Below, one piece after another: positions 13,007 through 27,447 of a stretch of 64,000 nt of DNA. The first letter of the stretch is position 1. Every line of letters begins with the position of its first letter. Both the position numbers and the translations under genes were made by a program. The stretch comes from the human T2T-CHM13v2.0 reference genome, Homo sapiens, in the NCBI RefSeq assembly GCF_009914755.1, contig NC_060935.1; one strand, 5' to 3'. Below the pieces are notes generated by a model. The model was not told the origin of the DNA. It was given only the letters and a program-made list of their open reading frames with translations, and made no database searches.

Positions 13007-14785
13007 AAAGTAATTTGTAACTAGCATACTTTGAACAAACAAAAATATTAGTCCCCCTTAGGTTTTCTGTTTTTCTTGTACATTTATTTCTTTCATGTTG
13101 TGATTATCTGCAATCTTGTTTCCAGTTTTTTAAAATAATATTCAATAACCATTTTTATTTGATGATATATATTATTAACAATTTATTTCTACAATAACTC
13201 TTCATGAATATATTCTTGCTTACCGATTCTTAGGAGAAACATCTCTTGCATTTTTGACCCAAGCCATATTACCAGCCACAATATACCCCTGCTTTGGTAA
13301 TAATTCTAATTTTATGTCTAAGTATGTTCTAATTTGCCCTCATATTTAAATGATAAATCAAAAATTTATAAAATTCTGAATAAAATTCTGTTCTATCATC
13401 TTTCTTAATTCATCATTCATTCAGTTGTTTATTTTTGGCATCAATACTCTTAATGAAACATATGATACTGATCATTTTCTCACTGTTTTAAAAGAACTTT
13501 TCCCCTCATTCTTTGGAAAGCATGTTTATTTTTCATATTCTAAAATTTTAATACATTGAATCTCGATTTATAATTTTTAGAGTCATGTTCAGTATATGAT
13601 AGGTCCTTATATTCTGAGATTTTATGTCTCTATTACTTCTAGAAACTTTTCAGACTTTATATCTTTAAATATTTTCTTCTCAACTTTCTTTCCATATTCT
13701 TTGGTAAGTTTTTTTAAATAAAGATAAAGTAGAAACTCCTTATTTTTCTTCCATGTATTCTAACTTTTTTTCTTTTCTTCTATCACTTGATCTAGTTTAC
13801 TTTGATCCTGAAATTCATACGTAGATTCTTAAAATTAACAATTTTGATTTTCAGTATTTTGTTGTATATGTTATGATTGTTCCACCGTCTCTCTCCCACT
13901 TCTCAGGCTTCCTTATTCCCCGAGACACAACAATATCAAAATTTGGCCAATTAATAACCTTACAATGGCCTCTAGGTGTTCAAGGGAAAGGATGAGTCAC
14001 ACATCTATGACTTTAAATTAAAAGCTAGAAATGATTAAGCTTAGTGAGAAAGTCATGTTGAAAGGTGAGGACGGCTGATAGTGAGGCCTTTTGTGCCAAA
14101 AGGTTAGCCAAGTTGTGGATGCAAAGGAAAATACTCTGAAAGAAATTACATGTGCTACTCCAGTGAACATATCAACGATAAAAAGGCAAAACAACTTTAT
14201 TGATGATATGGAAAAAGTCTTAGTGGTCTGTATAGAAAATCAAACCAGTCAAAATATTCCTTTAAGTCAAAGTCTAATCCAGAGCTAGGGTCTACTTCTG
14301 TTTAATTCTATCAAGAATGAGAGAAGTGAGGAAGATGCAGAAGAAAAGTTTGAAGTTAGCAAAGGTTAGTTTATGGAGTTTAAAGACAAAATGCTGTTTC
14401 CATAATATAAAAGGACAAGGTGAAGTAGCAAATGCTGATGTGGAAGCTGTTTGAACTTATCCAGAAGACCTATTATAGCCAAGACAATTGATGAAGTGAC
14501 TACCCTGAATAACAGATATTCAAGGTCAACAAGACAACCTTATATCGGAATAAGATGCCACCTAGCACTTTCATAGCTAGAGAAAAGTACATGCCTGGCT
14601 TCTAAGCTTCAATAGACAGGCTTACTCTCTTGCTGCTACTAATGCAATTGTGACTTTAAGTTGAAGCCATTGCTCATTTTATCATTCTAAAAAGTTCAGG
14701 GCTCTTAAGAATTATGTTAAATCTACTCTGCCTGTGCTCTGTAAGTGGAACAACAAAGCCTGGATGATAGTACATCTGTTTATAG

Positions 14786-15115
<330 letters not shown>

Positions 15116-16076
15116 TGAATATTTTAAGCACACTGAGCACACTTACTGCTCAGTAAAAAAATATTCATTTCAAAATACTGCTCATTGACAATGCACCTAA
15201 TCACCCAAGAATTCTGATTGAGACATATGTGATTCATCTTGTTTCCATGTCTGCTAACACAACATGCATTCTGCAGCCCATAGGTCAATAAGTAATTTTT
15301 ACTTTCAAGTCTTAATGTATAAGAAATATTTCATAAGGTTACAATTGAAGTAGATAATGATTCTTCTGATGGATCTGGGTGGAATAAATTGAAAACCTTC
15401 TGGAAAGGATTCACCATTGGAGATAACATTAAGAGCATTTATGATTCATGGAGGAGATCCAAACATCAACATTAACAGGAGTTTGGAAGAAGCCCATTCC
15501 AACCTCATGGATAACGTTGAGGGGTTCAAGACTTCAGTGGAGGAAGCAGCTGCAGATATGGTGGAAATAGCAAGAGAAATGGAATTAGAAGTGAAACCTG
15601 AAGATGGAACTGAATGCTGCAATCTCACGACAAAAGGTTAATGGATGAGGAGTTGCTATTTATGGATGAGCAAAGAAAGCGATTTGTTGAAATGATAAAT
15701 AATTTAGAGTATTATATAATATAAAGTGAGTAGATGAGGCAGCAGCAGGGTTTGAGAGAAATGACTAATTCTGAAAGATGCTCTGCTAAGGGTAAAGTGG
15801 TACAAAATAGAATTACATGGTACAGAAAAGCCTTTCATGAAAGAAAGGGTACATTGATTTGACAAGCTTCACTGTTGTTTTATTTTACGAAATTGCCACA
15901 GCCACTCCAACTGTCAACAACTACCACCCTGAGCAGTCAGCAGCCATCAGATGATCATTAGCATTTTCTTCAAAGTACTTTTTAATTAATGTATGTTTAT
16001 TGCATTTTTATACATAATGCAATTGCACACTTAATAGACTATAGTATAGTGTCAACATAACTTTTATATGCATTGG

Positions 16077-16465
16077 TGTCATAGTCTGTGTTCCTGATAA
16101 TAGAATACCTGAAAATGGGTAATTTATAAATAATATAATTTATTTCTTGTGGTTATGGAGGTTGAGATGTCTGAGGTTGAGGGCCCCCATTTGGTGAGAT
16201 ACTTCTTGCTGGTGGGGACCCTGCAGGGTCTCAAGGAAGTGTGGGGCATCATATGGTGAGGGGGGCTAATGTGCTAGCTCAGGTCTCTCTTAGTTCCATT
16301 CCCATTAATCTCTTAATCCATTAATCCATAACTAGATTAATTCATTCATGAGGGCAGAACTCTCATGACCCAATTATCTCTGAAAGGCCCCAGCTTTCAA
16401 TACTGCCACATTGGAGGTTAAGTTTCAACATGAGTTTCAGAGACTCAGACATTCAAACTATAGCA
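16077..16465 (-). mobile_element. MaLR solo LTR (MST/MLT1A group) inside Tigger1
   Basis: tgtcatagtc...gggtaatttataaa...catgagggcagaactctcatgacc...attcaaactatagca. Confidence 0.85.
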
Positions 16466-17029
16466 AGCAGGAAACCAAAATATTCGTGTGACTCACTGTA
16501 TTGTGACATTCACTTCATTGCAGTGGTATGGAACTGAAGCTGCAATCTCTCTGAGGTATGCCTGTATTTGAATTCGTAAACTTTCAGAAGTTTAAATTTA
16601 AAGTTTGTGTGATATAATCAAAAAGACTAAAGAGTAAGATGACAAATTTAACTTTATGTTTTTAAGTCTGTGCTTTACATCTTAAACTTGATTGTATCTT
16701 CCGTATTGTTTAAGATATCTTCTCACGCATGAAGTAAAAAGATAGTAATTCTCCCATTTAATATAATGTTATTTTAGTGAGAATGAGAAATATATATATA
16801 CATTTGACTGAAAAACGAGGGATAAAATGTTAGAATAAATGAGAACTTTCACACCAAATGTATAGACTTAGTGACATGAGAGTTTTCTCCATATGGTTTT
16901 CATAGATCAGATGTCTAAGAAGAAGGTGTTGTTATGAGCTGAGTTATGTGATAACAAAAACTAACATTTTAAAATCATTTAAAGCATTTTAAAAACATTT
17001 AAAATCATTTAAGCATGCTAAGTATTGTA

Positions 17030-17220
17030 TTTAAGTGTATTATATTAACAACTTAAATTATTCCTCAAAAATATGATAAGCTGTGGGTACTATTATCATT
17101 CTTAATTTTTCAATTGAGGAAACTGAGACAAAGAGATAATAAGAAAGTCATTCAAATTGACACAGATAGTATACATGAGAAATTCAGTATTTGATCTGAA
17201 GCAAACTCATTTCATGAGTA
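17030..17220 (-). mobile_element. MIR
   Basis: 'gggtactattatcattcttaattttcaattgaggaaactgagac'. Confidence 0.7.
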
Positions 17221-19352
17221 GATATTTTTACTAATTATCTCTATGACCTCTGTGATATAAGTATGAAAAATTGGCAAGTGGGGGAATATAGAGAAACAAT
17301 CATGGACAGAGGGCAGTGTGACCAAAGGCTCAAGGATCTTAATCCATAGACTAAACATTTAATAAACTCAGAACATATGGTGATTGAAATGAATACGAGA
17401 GCTAAGATTGAACGTGGAGTCTGCAATGCCAGGTTATTAGGCTTTAACTTAGGTAGTTAATATGGATCAAGGACTATTTTATCTAGAAAGCAACATCCCA
17501 CAGAATTTGGTGGTAAAATTTCACTTGGAAATAAAATGTATCTATCTGTATGCCATATATTAAATAATAATATTTGGATGTTTTTGCTCCCACAACTGCA
17601 TCTTTTTGTAGGAACATTTCTATACTCATCACTTTTCTTTGGGCTTCTATTCCCTAGATCAGAGTCAAAAATTTTGTTAACAATCTCAGAGGATTCAATC
17701 TCATGGTGCCAATTATAGTAGAAAACCCAGCTAACTCAATTTTCCTAATGTTCTAAGCAACTAAAGCCTTAATGTAAAACGACTCTTCTTGGACTGTAAA
17801 AATGACAAGGCTATAGAGCCATGCTGCTTGATACTCCCCTTGAGCTTATATTTCTATGACATAATAAGGCAGGTGAATTTTCTCTTGACTTAGGTATGTA
17901 TTGCATTGAAATAAGTGAGAAATGATCAAGGGTTGCTGAGCTTGCTGGGCTTGATATTGATCAGGTAGTACAATTTCTGGCTCTAATGGAATAAAAATCC
18001 TTTGAAACTCTTAAATGGAGATTGAAAATTTAAAAACGATTTAGAAGACCCATGGAATAGATGTATTTATTCAAAGCAATTATATAGTTTATTGGTAAAA
18101 TATATGTTCTGCCTTTCCTATGGGTTATAAGGAATAAAATGGACTTCTGTAGAAATACAGCTTATTTCTTTCTCTCTCCTTTTCTCTCTCTTTCTTGCTC
18201 TCTATATCTCTACCCCCCTCCACACCTCAGAATGGGTATATTATTTATTTTATTTTTTATCTTGATGTATTTTCCACTTTGACATACTTGTCAGAAATAT
18301 GGAGCTACATAAATGATGAAACAGGAGTCTGTGCTACTTTCTTCTATCCTGAACCACTCTGCCACAAGTTGGAGACCCACAGAAGTTTGATTTCATTATT
18401 TCAGCTTATGAGTGGTTGCTTCTTCATAATTTCAAAAGCATTGAAAGAGCACCCTTATATATTTCCTTTAGAAAATTACAGAAAGTAATTTTATCTGCAA
18501 ATAGACCTTTTTATTCCAGTTTTGTGTCATCAAAAACATCTTCTCCAAATACATAACCAAAGGAGTCTTCTAGGTTGTCTCTACCTACCTGAAAAGTGAC
18601 TTAATCAGGCAGGAGGTATAAACCCAGTATATACTAGTTAGAGAACTAATATAGAGTGAAGAGTAAATGATGCTTTCAAATACCACTAGAAACTACCATC
18701 ACTATAGAAATCCAAAATGAGCCACCGAAAAATTTGTTGCTCTTGAGAAAGTACTTTAATCAGTGAAAATCCTCAACAGGTTTATTATTTTCTTTCTGAG
18801 CTCTTTCATGTGTGGTGGTATGTGACCCAGCCTGTGTTTGCTCCTGGGGCAAGCATTCCAGGGTGTTTACGCTTTTGTTTGTTATATCTACATTTCTCAT
18901 GTTATCTTTCTGTCTTTTTGATAGGATATTAGGCTTAATCTTGGCATGTGCCCTAGATCAATAAATGATTAACAAATCATTAGAAGAACTTTTGCAGTTT
19001 TTAATTATAAAAATATGTGTACATCTGTGTCTGTAACTTCATGTTCTCATTAGTCTGTCTCCTCCTGAATTAATCTGCATTTCGCTTGTGTGTATCTTTG
19101 ATTTTTCAGGCATTCCTCTTCAACCAGGGGCAGGGCATCTTCAATTATTCCAGTTAAATATCAGACTCTATGTCATAGAATCCTTCAATTTTTAATGTGT
19201 AAGGTTACACATTATACTACAATCATTATGTAAACATAAGAATTAAGTTATTTGAGACTGATCTATTCAAATGACTGTAGATTACAAAACACAGTAACAG
19301 GACCCTCCAAATAACCTTTTCTTTTTGCTCTGCATATACTGAATGAAACACA

Positions 19353-19380
19353 AACTTCTTATTCAATCTTCTCTCCCCAG
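19353..19380 (+). promoter_or_regulatory. Predicted splice acceptor of the OR52J3 coding exon
   Basis: aacttcttattcaatcttctctccccAG, 48 nt upstream of the ATG; OR genes typically have 5' non-coding exons. Confidence 0.65.
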
Positions 19381-19428
19381 CTGCTGCTTCTACATGTGGC
19401 AAGTTCTCCTACACTGTGATTTGGAAAA

Positions 19429-20364
19429 ATGTTTTATCACAACAAGAGCATATTTCACCCAGTCACATTTTTCCTCATTGGAATCCCAGGTCTGGAAGAC
19501 TTCCACATGTGGATCTCCGGGCCTTTCTGCTCTGTTTACCTTGTGGCTTTGCTGGGCAATGCCACCATTCTGCTAGTCATCAAGGTAGAACAGACTCTCC
19601 GGGAGCCCATGTTCTACTTCCTGGCCATTCTTTCCACTATTGATTTGGCCCTTTCTGCAACCTCTGTGCCTCGCATGCTGGGTATCTTCTGGTTTGATGC
19701 TCACGAGATTAACTATGGAGCTTGTGTGGCCCAGATGTTTCTGATCCATGCCTTCACTGGCATGGAGGCTGAGGTCTTACTGGCTATGGCTTTTGACCGT
19801 TATGTGGCCATCTGTGCTCCACTACATTACGCAACCATCTTGACATCCCTAGTGTTGGTGGGCATTAGCATGTGCATTGTAATTCGTCCCGTTTTACTTA
19901 CACTTCCCATGGTCTATCTTATCTACCGCCTACCCTTTTGTCAGGCTCACATAATAGCCCATTCCTACTGTGAGCACATGGGCATTGCAAAATTGTCCTG
20001 TGGAAACATTCGTATCAATGGTATCTATGGGCTTTTTGTAGTTTCTTTCTTTGTTCTGAACCTGGTGCTCATTGGCATCTCGTATGTTTACATTCTCCGT
20101 GCTATCTTCCGCCTCCCATCACATGATGCTCAGCTAAAAGCCCTAAGCACGTGTGGCGCTCATGTTGGAGTCATCTGTGTTTTCTATATCCCTTCAGTCT
20201 TCTCTTTCCTTACTCATCGATTTGGACACCAAATACCAGGTTACATTCACATTCTTGTTGCCAATCTCTATTTGATTATCCCACCCTCTCTCAACCCCAT
20301 CATTTATGGGGTGAGGACCAAACAGATTCGAGAGCGAGTGCTCTATGTTTTTACTAAAAAATAA
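19429..20364 (+). CDS. OR52J3: Olfactory receptor 52J3, class I, 311 aa, intact
   Basis: N-terminal sequon NKS; motifs GN, LREPMFYFL, MAFDRYVAICAPLHY, HSYCEHM, KALSTCGAH and PPSLNPIIY; protein sequence recognised. Confidence 0.96.
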   Translation: MFYHNKSIFHPVTFFLIGIPGLEDFHMWISGPFCSVYLVALLGNATILLVIKVEQTLREPMFYFLAILSTIDLALSATSVPRMLGIFWFDAHEINYGACVAQMFLIHAFTGMEAEVLLAMAFDRYVAICAPLHYATILTSLVLVGISMCIVIRPVLLTLPMVYLIYRLPFCQAHIIAHSYCEHMGIAKLSCGNIRINGIYGLFVVSFFVLNLVLIGISYVYILRAIFRLPSHDAQLKALSTCGAHVGVICVFYIPSVFSFLTHRFGHQIPGYIHILVANLYLIIPPSLNPIIYGVRTKQIRERVLYVFTKK

Positions 20365-22294
20365 GACTCTTACCATGTTATTTTACTAAGGGCTTTGATC
20401 CTTCTATAAAGACCGATATGTTCTTGCCTTAAGGAATATCTCCTGATCCTTAACTTATTGCTGTCAACTTGCAATACAAGTTGGTTTGTTCCTGGATGCT
20501 GACTAATAATGGATTTTAAAACTGTCAGAAACATCATTGTAGTTCAAGTTCAAAGACTGACCAACTATCCTGGAAGGGATATCCTGGGAGAGAACTGTGG
20601 GGCCTTTGACTGCATGACCTTGTGAAGAATGCTTGTTAGCACAGGCTGCTTCTTTTCTGGGGAAAGAACATATTTTACTGAGTGTTTTGTGACTAGTGAT
20701 GAGTGATATGTGGCACTGGAAATTTACCCTGTAAACTACTTTATTTATTCCTTTAATCTTTCTTTCCTTATTTTCTTCCTTTCTTTCTTTTTTCCTTTTA
20801 TTCTTTTTCTCTTACTTCTGTTCATTCATGCATCATGCATTTTATGATTCCTTTAATTTATATTCATTCAATGTCTGGCCCTATGGAGCTTGCATTCTGT
20901 TGTCCTCTTACAAAGCCAATTTCACGGGTTCAAAACAATCATTGCCAAATCTGTAGCTTCAAGTGGAATCATATGCCAAAGACATGACACTCAGTGCAAT
21001 GATAGCCAAAACAAACACACAATTTCAAAACTATTTATCAGTAATACCAGCATAACTTATCACTGATTGCTTTTCGGAATTCATGCCCATAACATAAGCA
21101 CCAGTTAGGTATAGCATTTTTACGTCTGTGATATGTGGAGGTCTTTGCCTATCACTTTTTCCAGTATTCTCTCAATCTATATTTGACCCTAAAAGACTCT
21201 ATTTCAAAATCCAAGACCTCTCTTTCCAACCTGTAATCTGTCATTTGTTCTCCCACAGACTTTAATATAGACTATGTCATATCTAGCTATGGATAGCCAC
21301 ATTTCACATGATGCTGAAGGTTTTCAATTTATTTAATAAGATTTCCAAAGACCAAGCAATTAATTACCTTTTGAATTATCAAACTTGTCACATTGTTTTT
21401 TACAATTATACTCATTTTGTCTTATGTAGGTTATTAAAAATATAAAGCAAAAATGTAACAAATAGTTTTGTTCCTGATACCAAAAATTAACAACTTTTTA
21501 TATTGCACTCATCTCAAAGAGGATGTTTAAATAACATGCACACAGCATGAAAGCTAATATCACCTTTAACACTGCCCCAGCAGATTTCTCTCCCAGTTTC
21601 CAGAGGCAAAGGCTAGCATGTGTGTTTTCTGATTTCACATTGCAAATTTTTAGATTTACAACCAATCACAGTATTTTTGTTAATCATTTGTTATTTGTTT
21701 ATATAGATTAATGTACTCCATGTTTTGTTTTGTAACATTGATTTCATTTATATTTTTATTTTCTAATAGATAATTCATCTTATTATTTTTAATTACAAAA
21801 CATGCTGCACATCTTTGTATTTGTTTCTACATTTTAAGTTAATTTATCCAGGTTTTATTCTTTAAAGTAGAATTCTTAGGTAGCAGGTTTACAACCCATC
21901 AGAACATATTTCTGCTTTCTTGATATTTGTTTTTTAATCACTTTCTGATTTTACATTTCCTGTTGCTTTCCTTTTTTTTCACTTTCATGATTCTTGTTAT
22001 TTTAGTTCCCTTTATGAATAAAAAATTTCCTCCACTGATATTTAAAAATTGCATATCCGTTATCTGTTTTTCTATTGGGTATTATTAAAAAATTAACTTC
22101 ACCAATTTCATCTTTCTTTTTTTCTAATAAAAACTAATTTGTAACTACCCTACTCTGAAGAAACAAACATATTAATCCTCTTTTAACTTTTGCTATTTTT
22201 CTTCTACATCTATCTCGCTCATGTTGCTGCCATCTGGAATCTTACTTGCAGGTTTAAAAATAGAAATAAAAACACTAAAATATATATATATATG

Positions 22295-22817
22295 TTTTTT
22301 TTCAAATTTTATTTTATTTTAGCTTCAGATGGAACATGTGCAGGTTTGTTGCATAAGTATAGTAAATGTTGCTGAGGTTTAGGCTTTTAATTATCTTGTC
22401 ACCCATGTAGTGAACATAATAGCTGACAGGTAGTTTTTCAACACTTGCCTCCGTCTCTTCCTCCCCTCTTTTGGAGTTTCCAATGTTTATTGTTCCCATC
22501 TTTCTGTCCATGTGACCCAGTGCTTAGCTTTCACTTATGAATCAGAACATGCAATATTTGCTTTTGTGTTTCTTCATTAATTCGATTAGGATAATGGCCT
22601 CCAGCTGCATCCATGTTGCCGCAAAGGACATAATTTTGTACGTTTTACGCTGTGTACTATTCCATTGTGTATATGTATGCATCACATTTCATTTATCTCA
22701 TCTGCTGTTGATGAACCCCTGGGTTGATTCTGTATCTTTGCTGTTGTGAATAGTGCTGCAATAAACATACAAGTGCAGGTGTCTTTTTGGTGAACAATTT
22801 ATTTTCCTTTGAGTATA
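22295..22817 (-). mobile_element. 5'-truncated L1 3' end (L1PA15-17/L1PB grade)
   Basis: T-rich tail, then 'acatgtgcaggtttgttgcat...ataatggcctccagctgcatccatgttgccgcaaaggac'; absent from the OR52J2P unit. Confidence 0.85.
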
Positions 22818-23227
22818 AGGACACATCTAATATTCCCCACCCCAGCCATGATGCCAGACACAACAGCCCCCACGTTTTAGCCAATTACCTCCTGTTCTGG
22901 TAATAACTGATTATAATTTTATGTCTAAATGTGCCTTCACTTACTTTTATAATTTAATAACAGGACAAAGGTTTATAGAACTTTGGAACAAAGTTTTATT
23001 CTATCCACTTTCTAAATTAATTGTTCAACTTTTTTTTTCTAGCAAGTAGTTCTGTAATGAAAAAATATAATTCCAAACATTTTTCATGCTTTTGAAATAT
23101 TTTTTCTCTGTTCTTTGGAAAACATTTTGATGTTACAATATTTCATTTTATTGAGTGTAGCTTTGTAATTTTTTTAATAAATAATGTTTGGTATTCTGTA
23201 GGTCCTTATATTCTGAAACTCTATCTT

Positions 23228-25700
23228 CCATGATGTGATTATCACACATTGAATGCCTGTATCAAAACATCTCATGTACCCCATAAACATATACACCTAC
23301 TATACATAGCCACAAAATTTTCCAAAAAAAAGGAAACAATTAAAAATATTAAAATTAATCAAGCACTTTTACTTCCTAAGCATAAAAAAATCAGAGTACC
23401 TGGAATAGCTGGAATAATTTTCAAAATAAACATAATAAAGTGAAACTATCAGTTTTTCTGTTTTAATACTTTTTTATTGTTATAATTATCAAGTCTATGT
23501 GGTAGTGGCAGGAGGATAGAGACACAGATAAATTGAAAGTACTAGAAAAACCAGAAATAAGCCTGTAAAATATGACCATTTGATTTTTAATACAACTTGA
23601 TTGAGATAAAATTAACACATCCTTTATTTTACCTATTTAAATATACAATTAAATGAACTTTAGTATATTCAGAGAGTTTCGCTGCTGCACTGCAATTGAT
23701 ATAGGATTTGTTCATGACCTCGAAGTGAAATATCATACCTATTTATCAGTCAATAATGTTTCCAGCTCTAGAAAACCATGAATCCACTTTCTGTGGTCTA
23801 TTAATTTGTCTCTTCTGAACATTTCAAATAAAAAGCCTCATGTAAAATGTGTGACTTCTATCACACATCATGCAGTATGTTTTCTATTCCCAACCATATT
23901 GTAGCGTGCATCAGACCTTTATTCCTTTTTATTGATGAATAATATCTAATTGTACAGTTATACTATATTTTATGTATACAGTCATCAATTGATGGACATT
24001 TAGGTTATTTTCAAGGCTTGGCTACTATGAGTAATACTTCTATGGACGTTTGTATACAACCTTTTGCATGACATGTGTTTTCAGTTCTCCAGGGTATATA
24101 CATAGAAGTGGAATTGTTAGGTTGTGGAAAATCTGTGTTTAGCAAATTGGGAAATAGAAATTAAAACCACCATGAGCTATCACTACCAACCTATCAGAAG
24201 GACTAAAATTAAAAAGAATATATAGGATGAAACAGCAAATGCTGGCAAAAACGTAGAGAAACTTGATCACTCTTACATTGCTGGTGTGAATGTAAAATTG
24301 GGCCGCCCTTCGGGAAAACAGTTTGACAACTTTTCCAAACCAAATGTGTAATTAATATATGAACCAACAATTGCACCCATGGGTATTCATATCAGAGAAA
24401 TGAAAACTTATGTGCACATGAATTCCTGCACAAAATGCTTACAGTTGCTCTGTTAATAATTGCCAAACAATGGAAACAATCCAGACATCCTTCAATGAAT
24501 GAATGTTTAACTGCATCAACACATTATTGATATACACAACTGGGATGATCCTCAGATAGTTATGCTGAGTGAAAAAAGCTTTCATACAGTATGATTCCAT
24601 TTATGTAACATTACTTAGATTATGAAATTATTGAAAAAAAATAATTGATTCGTGGTTTTCAGGATGTAAGGCCAAGGGAGTGGGTCAGGCATGGTAAGGA
24701 CGTGACTGTGCCTGTAAAAAACAACTTAAGACATCCTTGTGGTGATGTAAATCTTCTGTATCTTCAATGTCCCAGTGTTGGTATCATGGCTGTGATGTTG
24801 CTTTGCAAGATATAAGTTGGGAGAAAACTAGGAAAAGGCTACATACGGTCACTCTGTATTTCTCACAGCTGCATGCAAAATGAAAAGTACCTTATCTTTT
24901 ATTTTTTTAAAAAAAAAAAGCTTATTAGGAAAATAGGTAAAATGTGTACCCCTCTGTGTTTGGGTACAGTGTCTACAAATGTCAATTTGCTCAGGTTGAT
25001 TGATGGGTGTCATTTATTTCTTCTCTTTCCCTACAGATATTCTACCAACTTGCTCAATCAGTTACTGAGAGTGAAGTGTTAAATTGCTTATATTTGTAGA
25101 TGTCTTCATATCTCTTTAAAGTCTACTAGTTTTTGAAAAATATATTTTGAACTACTGTTGCTACACAATGCCCTTTAAACTAGTTTTGTTCTGAGACGTA
25201 TTTTGTCTGATATCAGCATATACTCTTTAGCTTTTCTTTGTTAATTTTTTATGGTAAATCTTTTTCCATTTTTCTACATTTATGATACCTAGGTCTTCAT
25301 TTTAAATATAGAAAACATATAAGCGGGCCTTGCTTTTTCTCCAATATAATAATCTCTAACTGTTAGTTCATGTATTTAGGCTGTTCATTTTTAATGTGAT
25401 TATTGATATGTTTAGATTAAAATCTACCAGTTTTCTAGCATTTTCTTACTTATTGGATCTGTTTTTTGTTTCTTTTCCCCTCATTTTCCACTGTGTCTTG
25501 GTTTTACTCAACATTTTTAACTGAATCGGTTATCTCCAATACTGAATCATTATTAATATAGTTTTTTCTTAATATTTGCAACATGTAACTTTAATTAAGT
25601 ATAGTCTATTTTCAAATACTATACTGCCTCATGCACAGTGTAAGAACCTTACCATACTATATTCCTAACTCTTCCTTTTCATTTTTAGTGTTGCCATTTT
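23228..25700. mobile_element. Patchwork of old L1M fragments (L1MA 3' end +, L1MB-like -, L1MC/MD-like +, L1M ORF2 -)
   Basis: 'tgcctgtatcaaaacatctcatgtacccc', 'tgatggacatttaggttattt', 'cattgctggtgtgaatgtaaaa', 'ggtgatgtaaatcttctgtatctt'. Confidence 0.7.
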
Positions 25701-25763
25701 ATACACATCATATAATTTTACTATTAAGTTTTACATCATATAGAATATTATATAAACGATATA

Positions 25764-26335
25764 CAGGCATGCACTGCAAAATGACATTTCAGTCAAGTAC
25801 AAATCTCATATAAAATGGTGGACATCCAGCATGCTAAGGTTAATTTATTATTGAAGAAAAATATTATTTTTTATAAATTTAACATAGCCTAAATATACAA
25901 TGTTTATCAAGTCTACAGTAGTATACAGTTATGTCCTAGGCCCTCACATTTACTCAACACTTCACATTCTTTCACTCACTGACTCACTCAGAGCAATTTC
26001 CAGTCCTTCAAGTTCCATTTGTGGAAGTGTCCTATAAGGGTGTACCACCTTTTTATCTTTTATATTGTATTTTTGCTGTACTTTTTTAAATGTTTAGACA
26101 TATTCAGAGACACAAATACTTACCACAGTCTTACAATTGCCTACAGTAGTCAGTACTGTACATGCTGTACAAGTTTGTGGCCGAAGAGCAATAGGCTTTC
26201 CCACGTATCTTAAGTCTGTAGTAGGCTATACCATCTAGTTTTGTGTAAGTACACTCTATAACGTTCACACAACAATGAAGTTGCCTAATGATGCATTTCT
26301 GAGGCTGTATCCCCATTGCTGAGCACACATGATTG
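25764..26335 (-). mobile_element. Tigger3/MER7-family non-autonomous DNA transposon
   Basis: TA-caggcatgc ... cacatgattg-TA ends; internal 'gtagtaggctataccatctagttttgtgtaagtacactctat'. Confidence 0.85.
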
Positions 26336-26409
26336 TAATATAAAATATTATAAAGTCATTTTATACTGATAACATTTTTTTTTATTTCTACAGCCACTTA
26401 TCTTTAAGA

Positions 26410-26612
26410 GCAGCATTGGCAAACTATAGACCACCACCTCCTTTTGTGAGTAGTTTTATTGAAACAGAGATATGCTCACTTACTTTTACATTATATATGC
26501 CTCTCTTTGCATTTCAGTGATAGAGTTAAATAAAACCATATGGCCATAGAATTGCAATAGAAACCATATGACCTTGAAAACTCCACAATAATTAATCTCG
26601 CCCTTTATAGTA
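26410..26612. mobile_element. MER58-like hAT fossil
   Basis: 'ttggcaaactat...ttttgtgagtagttttattgaaacag...atgctcac...ccatatggcc...ccctttatag'. Confidence 0.55.
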
Positions 26613-26793
26613 TGTATACTGAACTCCATTTCAGCTACATTCAAAATAAGAAAGTAATTAGTTTTAAGTTCAATCATTTCATCACTGCACATGAAGTTCT
26701 AGAGTCTGTATCTTCTTGAATAGAGGGACCTAGTCTGGCAAAGCAGCTGCAATTATAGCTACCATCTGTTTAATTTTATTAATTGTGTTGTGA

Positions 26794-27260
<467 letters not shown>

Positions 27261-27447
27261 CTGGTTTTGTATTTTTAAAGCTTGAAGTCCATCACTAGTA
27301 TATAGAAATAGAATTATTTGTTGAATGTTGATTTCTATCTCCTGAGGTCTTGGTGAATTCATTTAATAGTTTTGATAATTTTTTAATCTTTTATATTTTT
27401 TACATGAACAATCTTGTCATCTAGAAATAGGAAGAGTTTTATTTTTT

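Larger units (their letters stand above)
9923..13625 (+). repeat. Unit A of an ancient direct duplication (OR52J coding exon plus ~2.8 kb of 3' flank); unit B at 19429-23225
   Basis: Shared anchors: 'tcattgccaaatctgtagcttcaagtggaatcat' (~11496/20939), 'atcagaacatattt' (~12476/21898), 'taggtccttatattctga' (~13600/23199). Confidence 0.9.

Noticed and set aside
13643-13651. AAACTTTTC, resembling the motif I recall from the class I OR enhancer (J element)
   Set aside because: It is a single AT-rich 9-mer with no adjacent clustered homeodomain/O/E sites, and is compatible with chance.
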